A DNA stretch of 64,000 nucleotides, taken from contig NW_027192217.1 of assembly GCF_041956535.1 (NCBI RefSeq), positions 116,196 through 180,195 on the forward strand. Reading direction: 5' to 3'. Of the stretch, positions 1 to 11,922 are shown in pieces (positions within the stretch are counted from its first letter, which is position 1; each line of letters opens with the position of its first letter). Both the position numbers and the translations under genes were made by a program. The notes beneath the pieces are model-generated. The model did no database searches. It worked only from the letters and a program-made list of their open reading frames with translations, and had not been told where the DNA came from. This DNA comes from Calcarisporiella thermophila CBS 279.70 (Eukaryota > Fungi > Calcarisporiellomycota).

Positions 1-2239
1 CCTGCCAAGGATCTTCTCCGGCAGCATCCAGGATCCAGTACGCCGCGCCAAGCAACAAGCCTCCGCGCAGGCCCCAACCAATCCAGAGCGGAGCAAAACC
101 GTAATAATTTCGCGTGGCATTCTCCGCCATCCGCAGTGCAAATGGGAGGAGGAAAGCGGAGGCGGTGAGGACGATCAGCGTCAGCTCGGAGCTAATGGAA
201 GAGGTTGAGGAAGCGTAGAAGGTTTGTTCGCAGTAGGGGAGCTGCTCCTCTCGGCACACGGTGGAGGTGGAACTGATTCTCACCAGGACCATCCATAGCA
301 AAGCAAAACCAACCATTCTCCATCGCGCCGAGGGATTTTTCGCACCTAGACCACGGAAAATCGTGACTAGTCCCAGTGTCTGCAACATTCCAACTACTAA
401 GCGGTCTTCGAACACAGTGAAGGAGTTGGACGTGAAAAAAAGAGCGTGAGCCACTATGAAGATGAGAGAGAGCGCAGTGTCGAAAGACGGGATCCTCCAC
501 TGCCAATTCATTTTGCCAGCGGAGGCCTGGGCATGCAAGAAAGCAATGATGCTTCCGTATGATCCCCCAAAAACAATCCCATCCAACCAAGAAAACTCCA
601 TGCCAGAGAGTTTGATCAAACAAGCTACGCCTCCAATGGCTGCCCCCACGGCTGCCCCAACGCCTAAGCGTCTGGTCGTTCTTTCATTCGCATCGCTCAA
701 TTTGCCCCACCGGAGCAGGTATGTCCCAATACACGCACAGCTCAAAACCAAGATACTTGCTCCGGCTAACATATATGGAATATCAAACTGAGCCCAGATC
801 TTCCGGCATTCTAATAGCACCACTCGCAAAAACTTCATATAGAGGGCGAATACCCGCAGCAGCTCGTCCTGCACCTCATCCTTGCCTTTTGAGGCAATAT
901 TCATATATTGCGTCTCGGCATCCTTATACAGATCCTCAAATCTTTTCCCCAATCTGACAGCCAGTTCAGCATTCGGCTGCTGTTTCGCATAAGCTCGGGC
1001 ATATTCGTATACTTGATGACTGTTGAGGCGCACCGATTCAATCAGCCCGCGTAATTTTTCGACGGGATTTCCAGCCATGTTACGGTAAATGACTTCGGGA
1101 ATAACCGCCCCCAGACTATTAAATGGGATGGGAACGCCCATTAGAAGAGAAAGCGTGGGGACCAGATCGATCTGCGGAATAGAGCGGAAATCCTTAAACC
1201 ATCCGCTATACGAGCTCCAGGACTCGCCCATCTCGAGGTCCACCACTGCCTCTGCAGCACGGAGTATCTCTGCTTCTTGCCGGCTGTAATCCTCGCCCGA
1301 TCCTTTCTTGCTATACATGAAAAGAGCCGAGCGTACCTCAAGATCGCTATCGCCACCGTGATCTCCCTTGGGGTCCATCCCGTGGTCGCCCATGACCACC
1401 AACAATGTGTCCTCGTCCATCCGCTGCACAACCTTCTCAATCAATACGTTCATTTGAGTCAATTTTTGGGCCATTTCGGGATGATTTGGCCCGTACCGAT
1501 GCCCACAGTGATCCACCCCCAAGAAGTGCCCAATGAGCACATCCCATTCCCCATTTTCTTCCATGGTAGGCCATAGATGTTTGTCGACGCCATTGTCGAC
1601 AGTGTGCAGATCGTTCACATTGAAAGAATCGAAGGGAAAGGTGAAATTCTCAGCAAAACTGTGCGGAAATAGCTTCACCCAAGTGTCATCGCCCATAAAT
1701 GCAACTCTCTTTCCCTGTGCACGAAGCTGGTGGATCAGATTGTCCTCGGCTATCTGCGTGCCCGCAAAATTGGAGCCAGCGTCAATAAAAGTCGGCAGAG
1801 TTCCCGTAGTCAGCGCTTTGAGACGCTGGAGAGTGGTGGTAGGTGGATCGGCCACAAATTCGTAGAGGAATGCCCCGTTAGGATTCTCTTGCCTCAGACT
1901 CTCGAATATTGGCAGTTTACCGAGGTAATGTGCCTCTCCTTCCGCCTTGTTGTGTACAAAATCGAATCGCAGTGCATCTATCAGCAGGATGACCATTTTC
2001 TTGTATGCAGGAGCCGACCAGCAGGCCTCTTCGCCCAACAAGCCGTGGGGAGAAGGCTGTCCGGTGGGAAGATGGTGGCATGTGCTATTGTTGGACAACT
2101 CTAGACGAGTGAGGAGAAACCCGCGCGTAAAAAGAAATAGCCCCCCAATGTGAAGTGAAGTGAGCCAAAGTAGTAGCGCGGCGAGAGAGAAAATTTTGGA
2201 TTTCACTGTCGTGGATGGGGGCTTTTGATCCCTGTACAT
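1..2239 (-). CDS. GPI13: GPI ethanolamine phosphate transferase 3 (PIG-O/Gpi13), 5' part; runs off the window start
   Basis: Manual translation from the ATG at 2239: MYRDQKPP...LHIGGLFLFTRGFLLTRLEL, then EFVADPPTTTLQRLKALTTGTLPTFIDAGSNFAG, FDSFNVNDLHTVDNGV, HFLGVDHCGHRYGP and GDHGMD. These are PIG-O/Gpi13 alkaline-phosphatase-fold motifs. Probably absent from the ORF track because its stop codon lies outside the window. Confidence 0.93.
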   Translation of the reverse strand, partial: MYRDQKPPSTTVKSKIFSLAALLLWLTSLHIGGLFLFTRGFLLTRLELSNNSTCHHLPTGQPSPHGLLGEEACWSAPAYKKMVILLIDALRFDFVHNKAEGEAHYLGKLPIFESLRQENPNGAFLYEFVADPPTTTLQRLKALTTGTLPTFIDAGSNFAGTQIAEDNLIHQLRAQGKRVAFMGDDTWVKLFPHSFAENFTFPFDSFNVNDLHTVDNGVDKHLWPTMEENGEWDVLIGHFLGVDHCGHRYGPNHPEMAQKLTQMNVLIEKVVQRMDEDTLLVVMGDHGMDPKGDHGGDSDLEVRSALFMYSKKGSGEDYSRQEAEILRAAEAVVDLEMGESWSSYSGWFKDFRSIPQIDLVPTLSLLMGVPIPFNSLGAVIPEVIYRNMAGNPVEKLRGLIESVRLNSHQVYEYARAYAKQQPNAELAVRLGKRFEDLYKDAETQYMNIASKGKDEVQDELLRVFALYMKFLRVVLLECRKIWAQFDIPYMLAGASILVLSCACIGTYLLRWGKLSDANERTTRRLGVGAAVGAAIGGVACLIKLSGMEFSWLDGIVFGGSYGSIIAFLHAQASAGKMNWQWRIPSFDTALSLIFIVAHALFFTSNSFTVFEDRLVVGMLQTLGLVTIFRGLGAKNPSARWRMVGFALLWMVLVRISSTSTVCREEQLPYCEQTFYASSTSSISSELTLIVLTASAFLLPFALRMAENATRNYYGFAPLWIGWGLRGGLLLGAAYWILDAAGEDPWQ

Positions 2240-2474
2240 TGGATCACGGGTATTCTCCATAGGATAATTGAAGCCGGATGCTTGCGTCGAGTTGAACGCG
2301 CCCTTGCGATTCCAAAGTAGCTATTATTTTTCGGCCATCTCTCGGATTTCCCAAACATATCCCACAAGGTTCCACCGAGGTTTCTAGATGAATTCCTACC
2401 TTGGCAACGCCATAAAAAATGGCACCTTCTCGCCCCTTTCCCACTTTTTCATACCATTTTACATCTAAAACACA

Positions 2475-3280
2475 ATGACAAGCTTCCTCGCCAAAAAGGT
2501 GATTACCCATGTCCTGGGTGAATCTGCGGGAAAAATGGGCTGGGCCGACATGCCTGAGCCAAAGGTGTACATTCCTCCTGAAGAGCCTCGGTTCTTCAGA
2601 AAATGGTTCCGCAAGAAGAATAATGGAAAAGAATACGTGGGTCCAAAGCTCTCGGCTAAGGACCAAGCGGTGTTGAAGAAGTAAGATTCAATGGCTTTTT
2701 ATTCGAAGAATTGGCTAGATGGTGCTCGGAAAACTGACTGTTCACTTATATATCCACTGTTCAGGGTAAAGAAGCGAGCTAATATGCTCGATGAGGGTTT
2801 CAATTGCTGCTGCTGCAGGGTTGGACTCGACTTTTTCATCGGTACGTCTACCCTCATGCTCCCTTTGTCTGTATTTATCTGGCTCATTCTTTGTGCTTGT
2901 TAGGTCTCATTCCTTTTGTGGGCGACTGCATTACTCTCTATCTCTCTGTCGGCACCATTCGGATGGCCAAGGAGTGCGAGACACCGCTTCCCGGAAGCCT
3001 GATACGACAGATGTACACAAACTCGCTTATTGATTTCGTTTTTGGGCTGATACCTTTCGTGGGGGATATCATTGACGCCATATACAAGGCGAACATCAGA
3101 AACTCGAAGTTGCTAGAAAATTACTTGGTAACTCTTCTCTCTGCCCTCTCTTCCTCATTTTTCTTGTTTGCTAAGCTGTCTCTCTGTGCCTAGTGGGAGC
3201 ACCTCTACGAAACGCATCAGGGGAACGGAGGAGCATCTAGCACCCCCGCTCGAGCTGACACACCTGGCCAAGCGACGTGA
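2475..3280 (+). CDS. DUF4112-domain membrane protein (4 exons)
   Basis: Exons at about 2475-2680, 2766-2841, 2904-3127 and 3194-3280, joined by GT-AG introns. Spliced product has KRANMLDEGFNCCCCRVGLDFFIGLIPFVGD...DFVFGLIPFVGDIIDAIYKANIRNSKLLE; the duplicated GLIPxVGD is the DUF4112 signature. Confidence 0.85.
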
Positions 3281-3542
3281 CCCCTTTCATTTTATGGATA
3301 CTTATTAGCTTATGCATGCCTTTTGATATTATTCCTCTGCATCTTATAATTTAATACGCAGCCCAATTCTATGTGAGAGTTTATTGCACGCGTGCTTATC
3401 TTTTTATTGTTTCTATACTTAATAAATGCCTCCTATCTAAAAATGTAATTATTCTTCGTGACGATTTTTGGTTACCGAAGTGGGATAGACGATTTCTGAA
3501 ATTTTTTTTTCTCCTTCATACTCTATTCACCATCATCTCCGC

Positions 3543-4603
3543 ATGTCCCTGCCTACATTTTTCGGTTGTCTTTTGACGGCCTATGGCCCTTCTCTTGTTT
3601 TATTTTTCGCGTATCTTGCTCGCAATGCACAGCTTGTGCTCTTGGTTGTTTCTAGGTAATCCCTATTGATCTAGTTTATCCTTTAGCATTAAAAATTCTA
3701 ACTTTTTTGCCTTCATAGTGCATTCTTCTGGCTAATTTCAATCCTTTTATCGTCGGTACTTTGGTTTGCCATTGTTCCAGCCAGACAGCTGCATCCTCTC
3801 ACGATAGCATATAGTGTCCTGCTTCAAGAATTGTTCCGATGGCTGCTCTTTGTTTTGATCAAGTATAGTATATTTATGCGCATGCATTTTCCATTCATAA
3901 TTCTAAACATTACGATTTGATTAGCCGTGCCGAAGCGTGGTTGAATCTAGTGGCTAAGAATCCGAAATCCCTTTACAACCGAGCAGAGTTTTCATTCGGT
4001 AATTCATTACATCTAGTTCCAAGAGCTGCATTTATTAATATCCAGTTGACCCTTTAGCATGTGGATACGGGTTTGGCCTGATGAATGCATTGGTGAACTA
4101 TAGTAGTCTCCTGGCGGTTTCGATCGGCCCTGGCACTGTGATGTGCCGATCCTGCTCATTTGCATCATTATTTATTATATCGGGTAAGCGCCAGTAGCTT
4201 TTTTTGTTAAAGTGGCATGTTTGCTAACAAGGTATTGTTGAATGGTTTCCAGCGATCAATGTATCCTTTTTCGTTCTACTTCACATCGTGTGGATGATGC
4301 TGGCCTTTGAGGGCTTCTCAGGACCACGGCGTTCATACGTGCGCATTGGCTGGGTAATACTGAGTCACTTCGTGGCGTCATATGTGGTAAGTTGGCTCCC
4401 CTCTATCCCGAAGTATCTCCCCCCACGCAAGTGAGATTAACACACCTCCGCCCATCATGTAGACGCTCTTGAATTCGTCCGAAGTCAACCTCGGATGTAT
4501 ATATGTAATATTAGTGCATGTTGTATTATTCGCAGTCTCCTGTGGAATGGTAGGACGCTCACTAAATCTACTTCACAAGAAGACGCTTGCAGTTGGTTCA
4601 TAA
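3543..4603 (+). CDS. APH1: Gamma-secretase subunit APH-1 (6 exons, about 243 aa, multi-pass membrane protein)
   Basis: Exons 3543-3655, 3719-3862, 3925-3998, 4058-4183, 4253-4386 and 4463-4603 (all GT-AG) give MSLPTFFGCLLTAYGPSL...SAFFWLISILLSSVLWF...SVLLQELFRW...RAEAWL...ACGYGFG...SIGPGTV...LLHIVW...LSHFVASYVTLLN. This matches APH-1 motifs (FFGC..A.GP, AFFWL.SLL, QE.FR, G.GFG, GPG, two intramembrane His). Confidence 0.9.
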
Positions 4604-5415
4604 AGGGGAATTGCCTCCCTTGTCCCTCTCCCTCCCCATTTCTATGTACATTATTGTGTTTTCGCTCCATCTATTCCCCCTGTTTGCATTTGAACTCTTC
4701 AAGCTCCCCTTACTCTCCAAAACTTTTTGAAGTCGAAATATTTTTAACAGCGCGTATTCCCATTGTTGTTGGACCTCTGCTATGAGTCAGGCGCAATATA
4801 AACGGTGCATAAGGATTGCACCAAATCTTCCCCCCAGCTCCCTCCCTCCCTCCCTCCCGAAATGGAGGGTTGCATAATATTAGAGTGAGAGCAAGAACGT
4901 CATGCCGAATTCTCAACACAATTGATTGGTATCCGATTGATTATGGATTTCGCTCAAACAGCATAATAGTGTAGAAACAGACGCATAGCGTTTATTTTTC
5001 AATCTTGAGGAGAGCCGAATCCTATTGGCTAAGGAATCGTTTCCCGACCCTCTCAGAGAAATCGTAATCTTATTTTTCTTATCCGTTATGTCTCGCCATC
5101 AAGTTCTTTTACTTTCAATGGCCATCCTTGTTTAATTCCTATTTATTTGGTTATTCGACCCCTTGAACCCTCAATCTCATCTGTTCTTTCTGCTTGCTGC
5201 CGATTTATTTTCGTCTCTGGTTGATGCCACCCCTTTCATTTCTCTGATTCGCAAACTTTGGGCAATCATCATAGATTTTTATTTGCCAGAGCACATCGTC
5301 TTAATCTTCATTTCTTGCGGGCCTTTCCAGCTGGGTTTTAGGAAACGGCATTTCTCGACATCAATCAACGGGCCACTGAACCCATTCCCGAACATCGCTC
5401 ACTCCTGAAATTCCA

Positions 5416-8400
5416 ATGGCCGAACCCTCTGTTATCTGTCTAGTTCGGGCTCTCTACGACTATCGATCATCAGATCCGTCTGCCCTGAACTTCCGGAAAG
5501 GATCCATTATCGAGGTAATGCTTTGGATCCATGGATTCCGTTGGTTATGCCCCTCACTTGATTTAATCTTCCGCTCTTCAATAATCAATTGCGTAGGTTC
5601 TTGGACAATTGCAGTCTGGCTGGTGGGATGGTGTAGTCAATGGCGAGCGTGGCTGGTTTCCCTCGAATTACGTAGAGGTCATAGACGAAGCAGAGGATGA
5701 TCCCGAATATTCATACATACAACCCAACGATGTCCATTTGGCCGATGACAATGTAATTTCTTTGAACCCTTTCTTCCGTTGTTGCATGTTAAAGGCCTTG
5801 GGGCTCACTTGATGCTATTTTTTTTTTCCAAGATGGACGATGCTTGGGTAGCACAGACAACACCAGACGGAGTGGTTTTTTATTTCAATGCACGAACCGG
5901 TGAGTCGACATGGGAATTGCCCGTGGCAGCCGGGAACAGGAACTTCTCCAATGGACATTCTCAATCACAACGCATGCCCTCTCGAGGCAAATCTTCACCC
6001 TCATCTCCGCGCCCGACATCACACGACACCATCACTACCCATAATGATATTTCAAATTCACACGCATCATATCAGGCCAACCAGTGGGTTGCACGGCACA
6101 CCCCCGACGGGAATATCTGTTATTTTAATAAGTTGACTCAGGAGATACGATGGTCTCCTCCGGATGAGGAGATTGACATAGAGCGCTCTTCCTCCGCTCA
6201 GAAGCAACTGTACCACCAGCAGCAATACCAGTCGCAGCATAGCGAAGTGCTAGAGGACTCGCGGACGCTGGGCTTGCCCGAGGAGAGGCTTCCGCCCAAC
6301 TGGGAGCGGAAGCAAACCCCACAAGGGAAAACCTACTACTATAATACAATCACGGAGGAGACAACATGGAATCTTAGTAGCCTGGAGGAGGCGAAGCGGG
6401 CATCCAGCCGTTCCTCCCTTGCGGATGAGAACGGCACCCATCCTCTGGCGACGAGATCCCCGTCCGTCACCCATTTACAACAGCCCTCTCCCGTGCCCTC
6501 CGAGACTCGGAGACCCAAGCGTGCCCAGCTCACCAACGAGCCGGTGACATGGTCCAAGCTCGCGTCGAATATCGCGCTGGCCATCCACGCGTGCAGCCAG
6601 TCGGCGCGCAACCTCGACAAGCCCAACCTGATCCCGAGCTCGACGACCGTGGTGGAGTCGATCCGCCAAATGCTCGCGGCGGCCGGATGCCTCGACAAGG
6701 AGGCGGTGCTTCGCAGCGACCGCGAGCTCAGCGTAAAGCATCGGGCCATCATGGCCTCTCTGTCGAAGCTGGTGCTCTCGTCGAAGATGGCGTCGAGCAT
6801 GTGGCCGCCGCCCGATGCCGTGGTGAAGATGCAGAAGGACGCCAACGACGTGTTGGTGGCGGTGCGGAACTTTGTGGCCTACGCCCAGGAGATCGGGATT
6901 GAGGTGCAGAACACAGAGCCCCGGTTCCTGGAGCGAAGCGAGGGTGGGTCTGGCGCAGCGCCCTCCACCGACCTGGTCGGCCAACTGGAGCAGCACTCGA
7001 AGATGGTCAGCAAGGCGCACAGTCTCCTGGTGGGGCACGTCAACAAGATGCTGGAGCAGCTACTCCCGCCGCCGGCACCACAGCACCCGCTTTCAACCAC
7101 GCCGACGGTGTCCCCGCCCGCTCGCTCCACGCTGCAGCAGCGCACCCAAGGCCTGCTTGGCAAGACGCCCTCGCTGAGCATCCTCTCCACCATGCTCATT
7201 GCGCAAACTCGCCAGTGGATCACCCAGCTGGGGATGTTCGTGTCCACTGCGGAGGAGGTCGAGGCCACCCACCCCGAGTTTTTGCACGCAAAACAGGTCG
7301 TCTACAACGAGTCTGCTCTCGCGATCCTGGCTTCGCAAGCTGCCACCGACTCGGCCCAGGTGACGCCGGAGACGCTGCGGGAAATCATCGCCGCGGCCGA
7401 GCGGGTGGAGGTCAGCATCAGACAAGTCATCGAGGCCCTCAAGGCCGTCGCGGTGGAGAGTGGCCATCATTCCAAGAAGGAGAGGGATGGGCAGCGGGGG
7501 AGCAAGGGCTACTCCGCCACGGGGTTGAAGCGGATCTCCGAGTTGAAGAAGGAGAACGGCGTGCACAAGGGCCGGGAGCGGCGGGACGAATTCGACGCGG
7601 ACGAGCTGCAGTACATGGACATGTACGAGAGCACGGAGGGCGGGCGCATCTCCACCGACTCGGAGGTGTCAATGGGCGGCGGCGAGGGCGTTCCCACCTA
7701 TTTTGGCGACGAGAGCAGCAAGGGCGTAGGCGAGGGCGGCGGCGAGGAGCACGAGGACGACGCGTGGTCACTCGCGGGCAGCGACGACTCGTTCACGTTT
7801 GGGGCGGGCCAGCGCTCGCCGCGCGACAAGGTGATCAAGTTCTTTGGGGAGGACCCCGTGGGGGCGGTGAAGCGCGCGGCCAAGGAGGAGAGGAAGGAGG
7901 AGCGCCCGTGGTTCCTGGGCTACGACTACCAGGAGAACGAGATCGTGTTCAACTCGGACGGCGCGGTCAAGGGCGGCACACTCAAGGCCCTCGTGGAGCG
8001 GTTGACCATGCACGATCTGCACGACTCGAACTTCATCGCCACCTTCCTCCTCACCTACCGCTCCTTCACCTCGACCCAGGAGCTGTTCGACCTGCTGCAG
8101 CGGCGCTTCCTCATCGAGCCGCCCGCAAGCCTCACCGCCGAGGAGCTCGCCGTGTGGCGCGAGAAGAAGCAGACGCCGGTGCGCCTGCGCGTGTTCAACG
8201 TGATGAAGAACTGGCTCGAGAACTACTACCAGGACGACGAGGACGCCCGCTGCCTGCCCGCCATGCGCGAGTTTGTCGCCACCACCATGCAGGAGTACTC
8301 GCTGCCTTCCGCGCAGCTCATCAAGCTCATCGACAAGCGCATGCAGTCGCCCGACGCCGGCTTCCGCAAAATGGTGCTCAACGTGAACAACATGCAGGCG

Positions 8401-9457
8401 CCGCCGTCCATCGTACCCAAAAACCTGCGCAAGTTCAAGCTGCTGGAGCTGGATCCGCTCGAGCTCGCCCGGCAGCTGACGCTGATGGACGCGAAGCTCT
8501 ACAACAAGATCCGGCCTGTCGAGTGCCTGAACAAGGCGTGGAGCAACCTGGACAGCGCGGACGTCGCCAAGAACGTGAAAGCCATGATCGAGCAGAGCAA
8601 CCAGGTAATGTGGGCTCTCCGAGGGTTACTCGCCCCTTCTAACCGATGCAATCTCCCTTTTTCCCTCTCCAGACGACCGGTTGGGTTGCGGAAACCATCT
8701 TGACCCAAACCGAGGTCAAACGAAGAACAGGGCTCATTAAGCACTTTGTCGCCATTGCAGAGGTAAGGCTGACCCTCCCCTTCTCCGTCGTCTGCCCCTT
8801 GATGCTAACCAACCCTCTTTGTGTTGCCGCCAGAAATGCCAACAACTTAACAACTTCAACACGTGCGTGGCCATCGTCGCGGCCCTGGACTCGTCAGCCG
8901 TCTTCCGGTTACGGCGGACATGGGAGCTGGTCAATCAGCGCACCCAGCAGACACTGCAGATGCTCAAGAGGCGCATGAACTCGGCCAAGAACTTTGCCGA
9001 GTACCGCGAGTTGCTGCGCGTCTCGGAGCCACCCTGCGTGCCATTCCTCGGCGTATACCTCACCGACCTGACCTTTATCTCGGACGGAAATCCCGACATG
9101 CTTGCCCGCTCCTCGGACATGATCAACTTTGCCAAGCGAAGCAAGACCGCCGAGGTGATCCGGGAGATTCAGCGGTACCAGACGGTGCCCTACGTGCTGA
9201 ACGCGGTGCCCGAGATCCAGAGCTTCTTGAAGAGTTGCCTGCACTCGAGCCGACCCGTAGAGGAGCTCTACCCCCTGAGTCTGAGCCTGGAGCCAAGGTA
9301 AGCCCCCCCCCCCCTCTTTTCCTTCCCCTTTTAGCACGCTTCTATCCCGGAGATGCTCACCGGCTTGTGTGTTTTTTTTTTTTTACCTCACCCCTCGAAC
9401 AGAGAAAGAGACGACGAGAAGCTGGCGAGGCTGCTTCACGAGTCAGGCTTCAACTAG
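5416..9457 (+). CDS. CDC25: Ras guanine nucleotide exchange factor, Cdc25 family (SH3, 3 WW, REM, RasGEF)
   Basis: SH3 (RALYDY...GWWDG...GWFPSNYV), three WW-like repeats (YFNARTGESTWELP, YFNKLTQEIRWSPP, YYYNTITEETTW), REM (GGTLKALVERLT...FLLTYRSF) and RasGEF (LARQLTL...PCVPFLGVYLTDLTFI). Five GT-AG introns; TAG at 9455-9457. Confidence 0.93.
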
Positions 9458-9940
9458 AGAATGATTTCTTTTATTTTCCTGGATTCCAACTCTTATTATT
9501 TATTGAAATTGTGTGCTTGTGATAAAATTGATACTTATTTATTGAAAAAGGTTTCCCCCTCCCCTTCCCCCCCTTCTAGTGTGTTCTTGTATAAGATTTT
9601 TTTTTATTCTCTCTCCTCTTTTCCTTTATTTATTACTACCACTCCTATTACTACTGTTGTTACTATTACTATAGTTTGTTCTATTCCTTTTCTCTTCTTT
9701 ATTCAACTCTTTCCTCGCTCTCGATATCTTTTTCACGCTGTGATAGCTCGTCTGGTGGTTCGCCATGCATAAGACGGAGAAAAAGATGCCTTTTCCGCCC
9801 TCCTTTCTCTTCTTTCCTTCTCTTCTAGTTAATAAGTGTGTTTTTTTTTAACCTTCTTTCCGTTGTTTTATTTGGTCTTTTTTTTCTTCTTCTTCTTTTT
9901 ATCTATTAGAAAATACACAAAAAAGATAAATCCATATCCA

Positions 9941-10867
9941 CTACTCCCTTTTGCCCATGATCACTTTCTGTTCGGGGCATGCCTCGCCGCCATCGAGCAG
10001 TTTCCTCAGCGTGACGCTGATCCGATAGTCGCGCCGAATCCGCTCGTCTCCCCACACGTCCAGCTCCCTCTCCTCGATCCCATGCTTCCAGGCATAGCGC
10101 GCTTCTCCCTCCAACGCCAGCACGGATCCCGGCCGCAGCAGGACTGGGACGAGAGCTGCGGCGGCCGAGGAGACGGGCGTCAGCACCATGAAACAGGAGG
10201 AGAGCAGGGAGATGATCACTATGCCATCATCGAAGCGAGGGAGATCAACATGGGGCACGATGCCTTCACCTAGACGGCAGCAGTGGAGTTTAGATAGAGA
10301 TTAGGGTAGAATGGGGAGGGTGGAATTGAGAAAGAATTAGAGAGGCGGTAGGGATCAAGATGAGTGGAGGGGGGGGAGGGGCCATACGTGGCCGCATGCC
10401 TCAGCAAACAGAAACAGGGGGAGGGGGAAGGAGAGAGGACTAAGTGGGAGAGCCAAATTGAGGGACAAACCGTGGATGAAGAGCTAGGCATGCCTACCAG
10501 GATTGTAGAAATTAATAATGGCCTGATCGAAAAGGGTGGGACGCGCTCGCACTTCCGGACTGAAGATCCCCTGGTCACGCACCCAGTCTTCGATCCACTT
10601 GAGCCAGTGGGGAAGGCCGAAGAGCATGGCCTGGTTGTTGTGGGGGGGATGCAGCACTTGCGCGCCGACAAGGGAGGAGAGGAGCGCCTCGGCAAGCTCG
10701 GCCGGGAGCTCGGAGAGGGTCAATCCGGGAATGGCGCGCGTTGGTGGCAGGGAGAGAGAGGCGGCGGGGGGACAGCGTGGGGAAGGGGGGAAGGCGGCGG
10801 GATCGTCATCCGGGCAGCCGGCATAATCGCTGTCGTCCGAGCCAAACAGATCTTGCTCGTCTGGCAT
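9941..10867 (-). CDS. AlkB-family 2OG-Fe(II) dioxygenase
   Basis: Two exons (intron 10270-10497). FDQAIINFYNPGEGIVPHVD supplies the HxD; also LRPGSVLALEGEARYAWKHGI and RISVTLR (RxxxxxR). Confidence 0.88.
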
Positions 10868-11922
10868 TTTGTGTGTTAGGGGACGTGGCCGGGCCTGAGG
10901 GGAGGACGAGGTCGGACTCTTGCCCGACAGGTGGGCTGTCATGCTCTGGGAATTTCCCCCAAGCCGCCTGTCCGACGTTTCGCCGAGATGTCATTTCAGA
11001 CCAGTCATTTGGTCACCGGTGGCTGCATTAGCAGGAGGAGAGCGGGCCTCGAAACGCAGGAGGAGGGGGTGCGGGACTAGGAACAAGAGAGTCAAGCGAT
11101 TGACACATGCCCGAGGCACAAAGCGGATTCGCCGAGGTAGCACCGACTCTATCCTGTTCAATCTGGGCCGAAAATAGACCCGGGCATGCAGGGGAAGGCA
11201 CGGTATTAAGTAATATGGATTGTAAGAAGAAAACAAGCTCCACAAGCCAACCTACTGGCAGAGGGAAGCAAGGTTGACTCAACGTTCAACAGAGATGAGG
11301 TTTCCTCGAGCGCGCCTGGGAGAGTGCTGTCCTTAGAGTTAAGGTCGTGACTCAACCTTGAATAAGCCAGATAAGCCGGATAAGCAAACTCCACCAACAA
11401 ACAATCAAGCACGGCAGCACAGCAGGGGGAGCGCGAGAGAGCCGGCCTATGCCCAAGAGCAAAGCAGGAGCTTCCAGAGCTAAAACAAAAATGACAACTT
11501 TAACACTATTCTTTTATTCCTCCTCTCTTCTATGTGGAACGCGAGCGGTTTAGCTTGGAACACAAAAACCAAGGGGTATTGTCCTCTCACCAGCAGTATA
11601 TTACACGTCGGGGAACAAAAAAGACTGAATACAAGGTTAGCAATGCTAAATAACACAATTAGGAGACAAGAGCTCGTAAAGAAGAAAAAAAGAAAAACAA
11701 GTTGAAAGCCAGGAAGTAGAAAAACAGTGATAAGTCAATGAGAAATAGAATAAAGAAAATATTAGTCAGAATAGCGAAAAACATAAACAAAGCAAATATA
11801 CAATATATGGTGGAATAGAGAAAGAGACTTTTTTTTTGGGGGGGGGGGGGGCAGCGAGGGAAGCAAAAATGACGGGCCCGAGGATGGCAATGCTCTTGCG
11901 GCAAAAGGGAAGCCTCCCGGCT

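Noticed and set aside
7215-8642. 475-aa overlapping ORF and many antisense ORFs inside the RasGEF
   Set aside because: Shadow frames caused by very high GC3; Arg/Gly/Ala-rich with no motifs.
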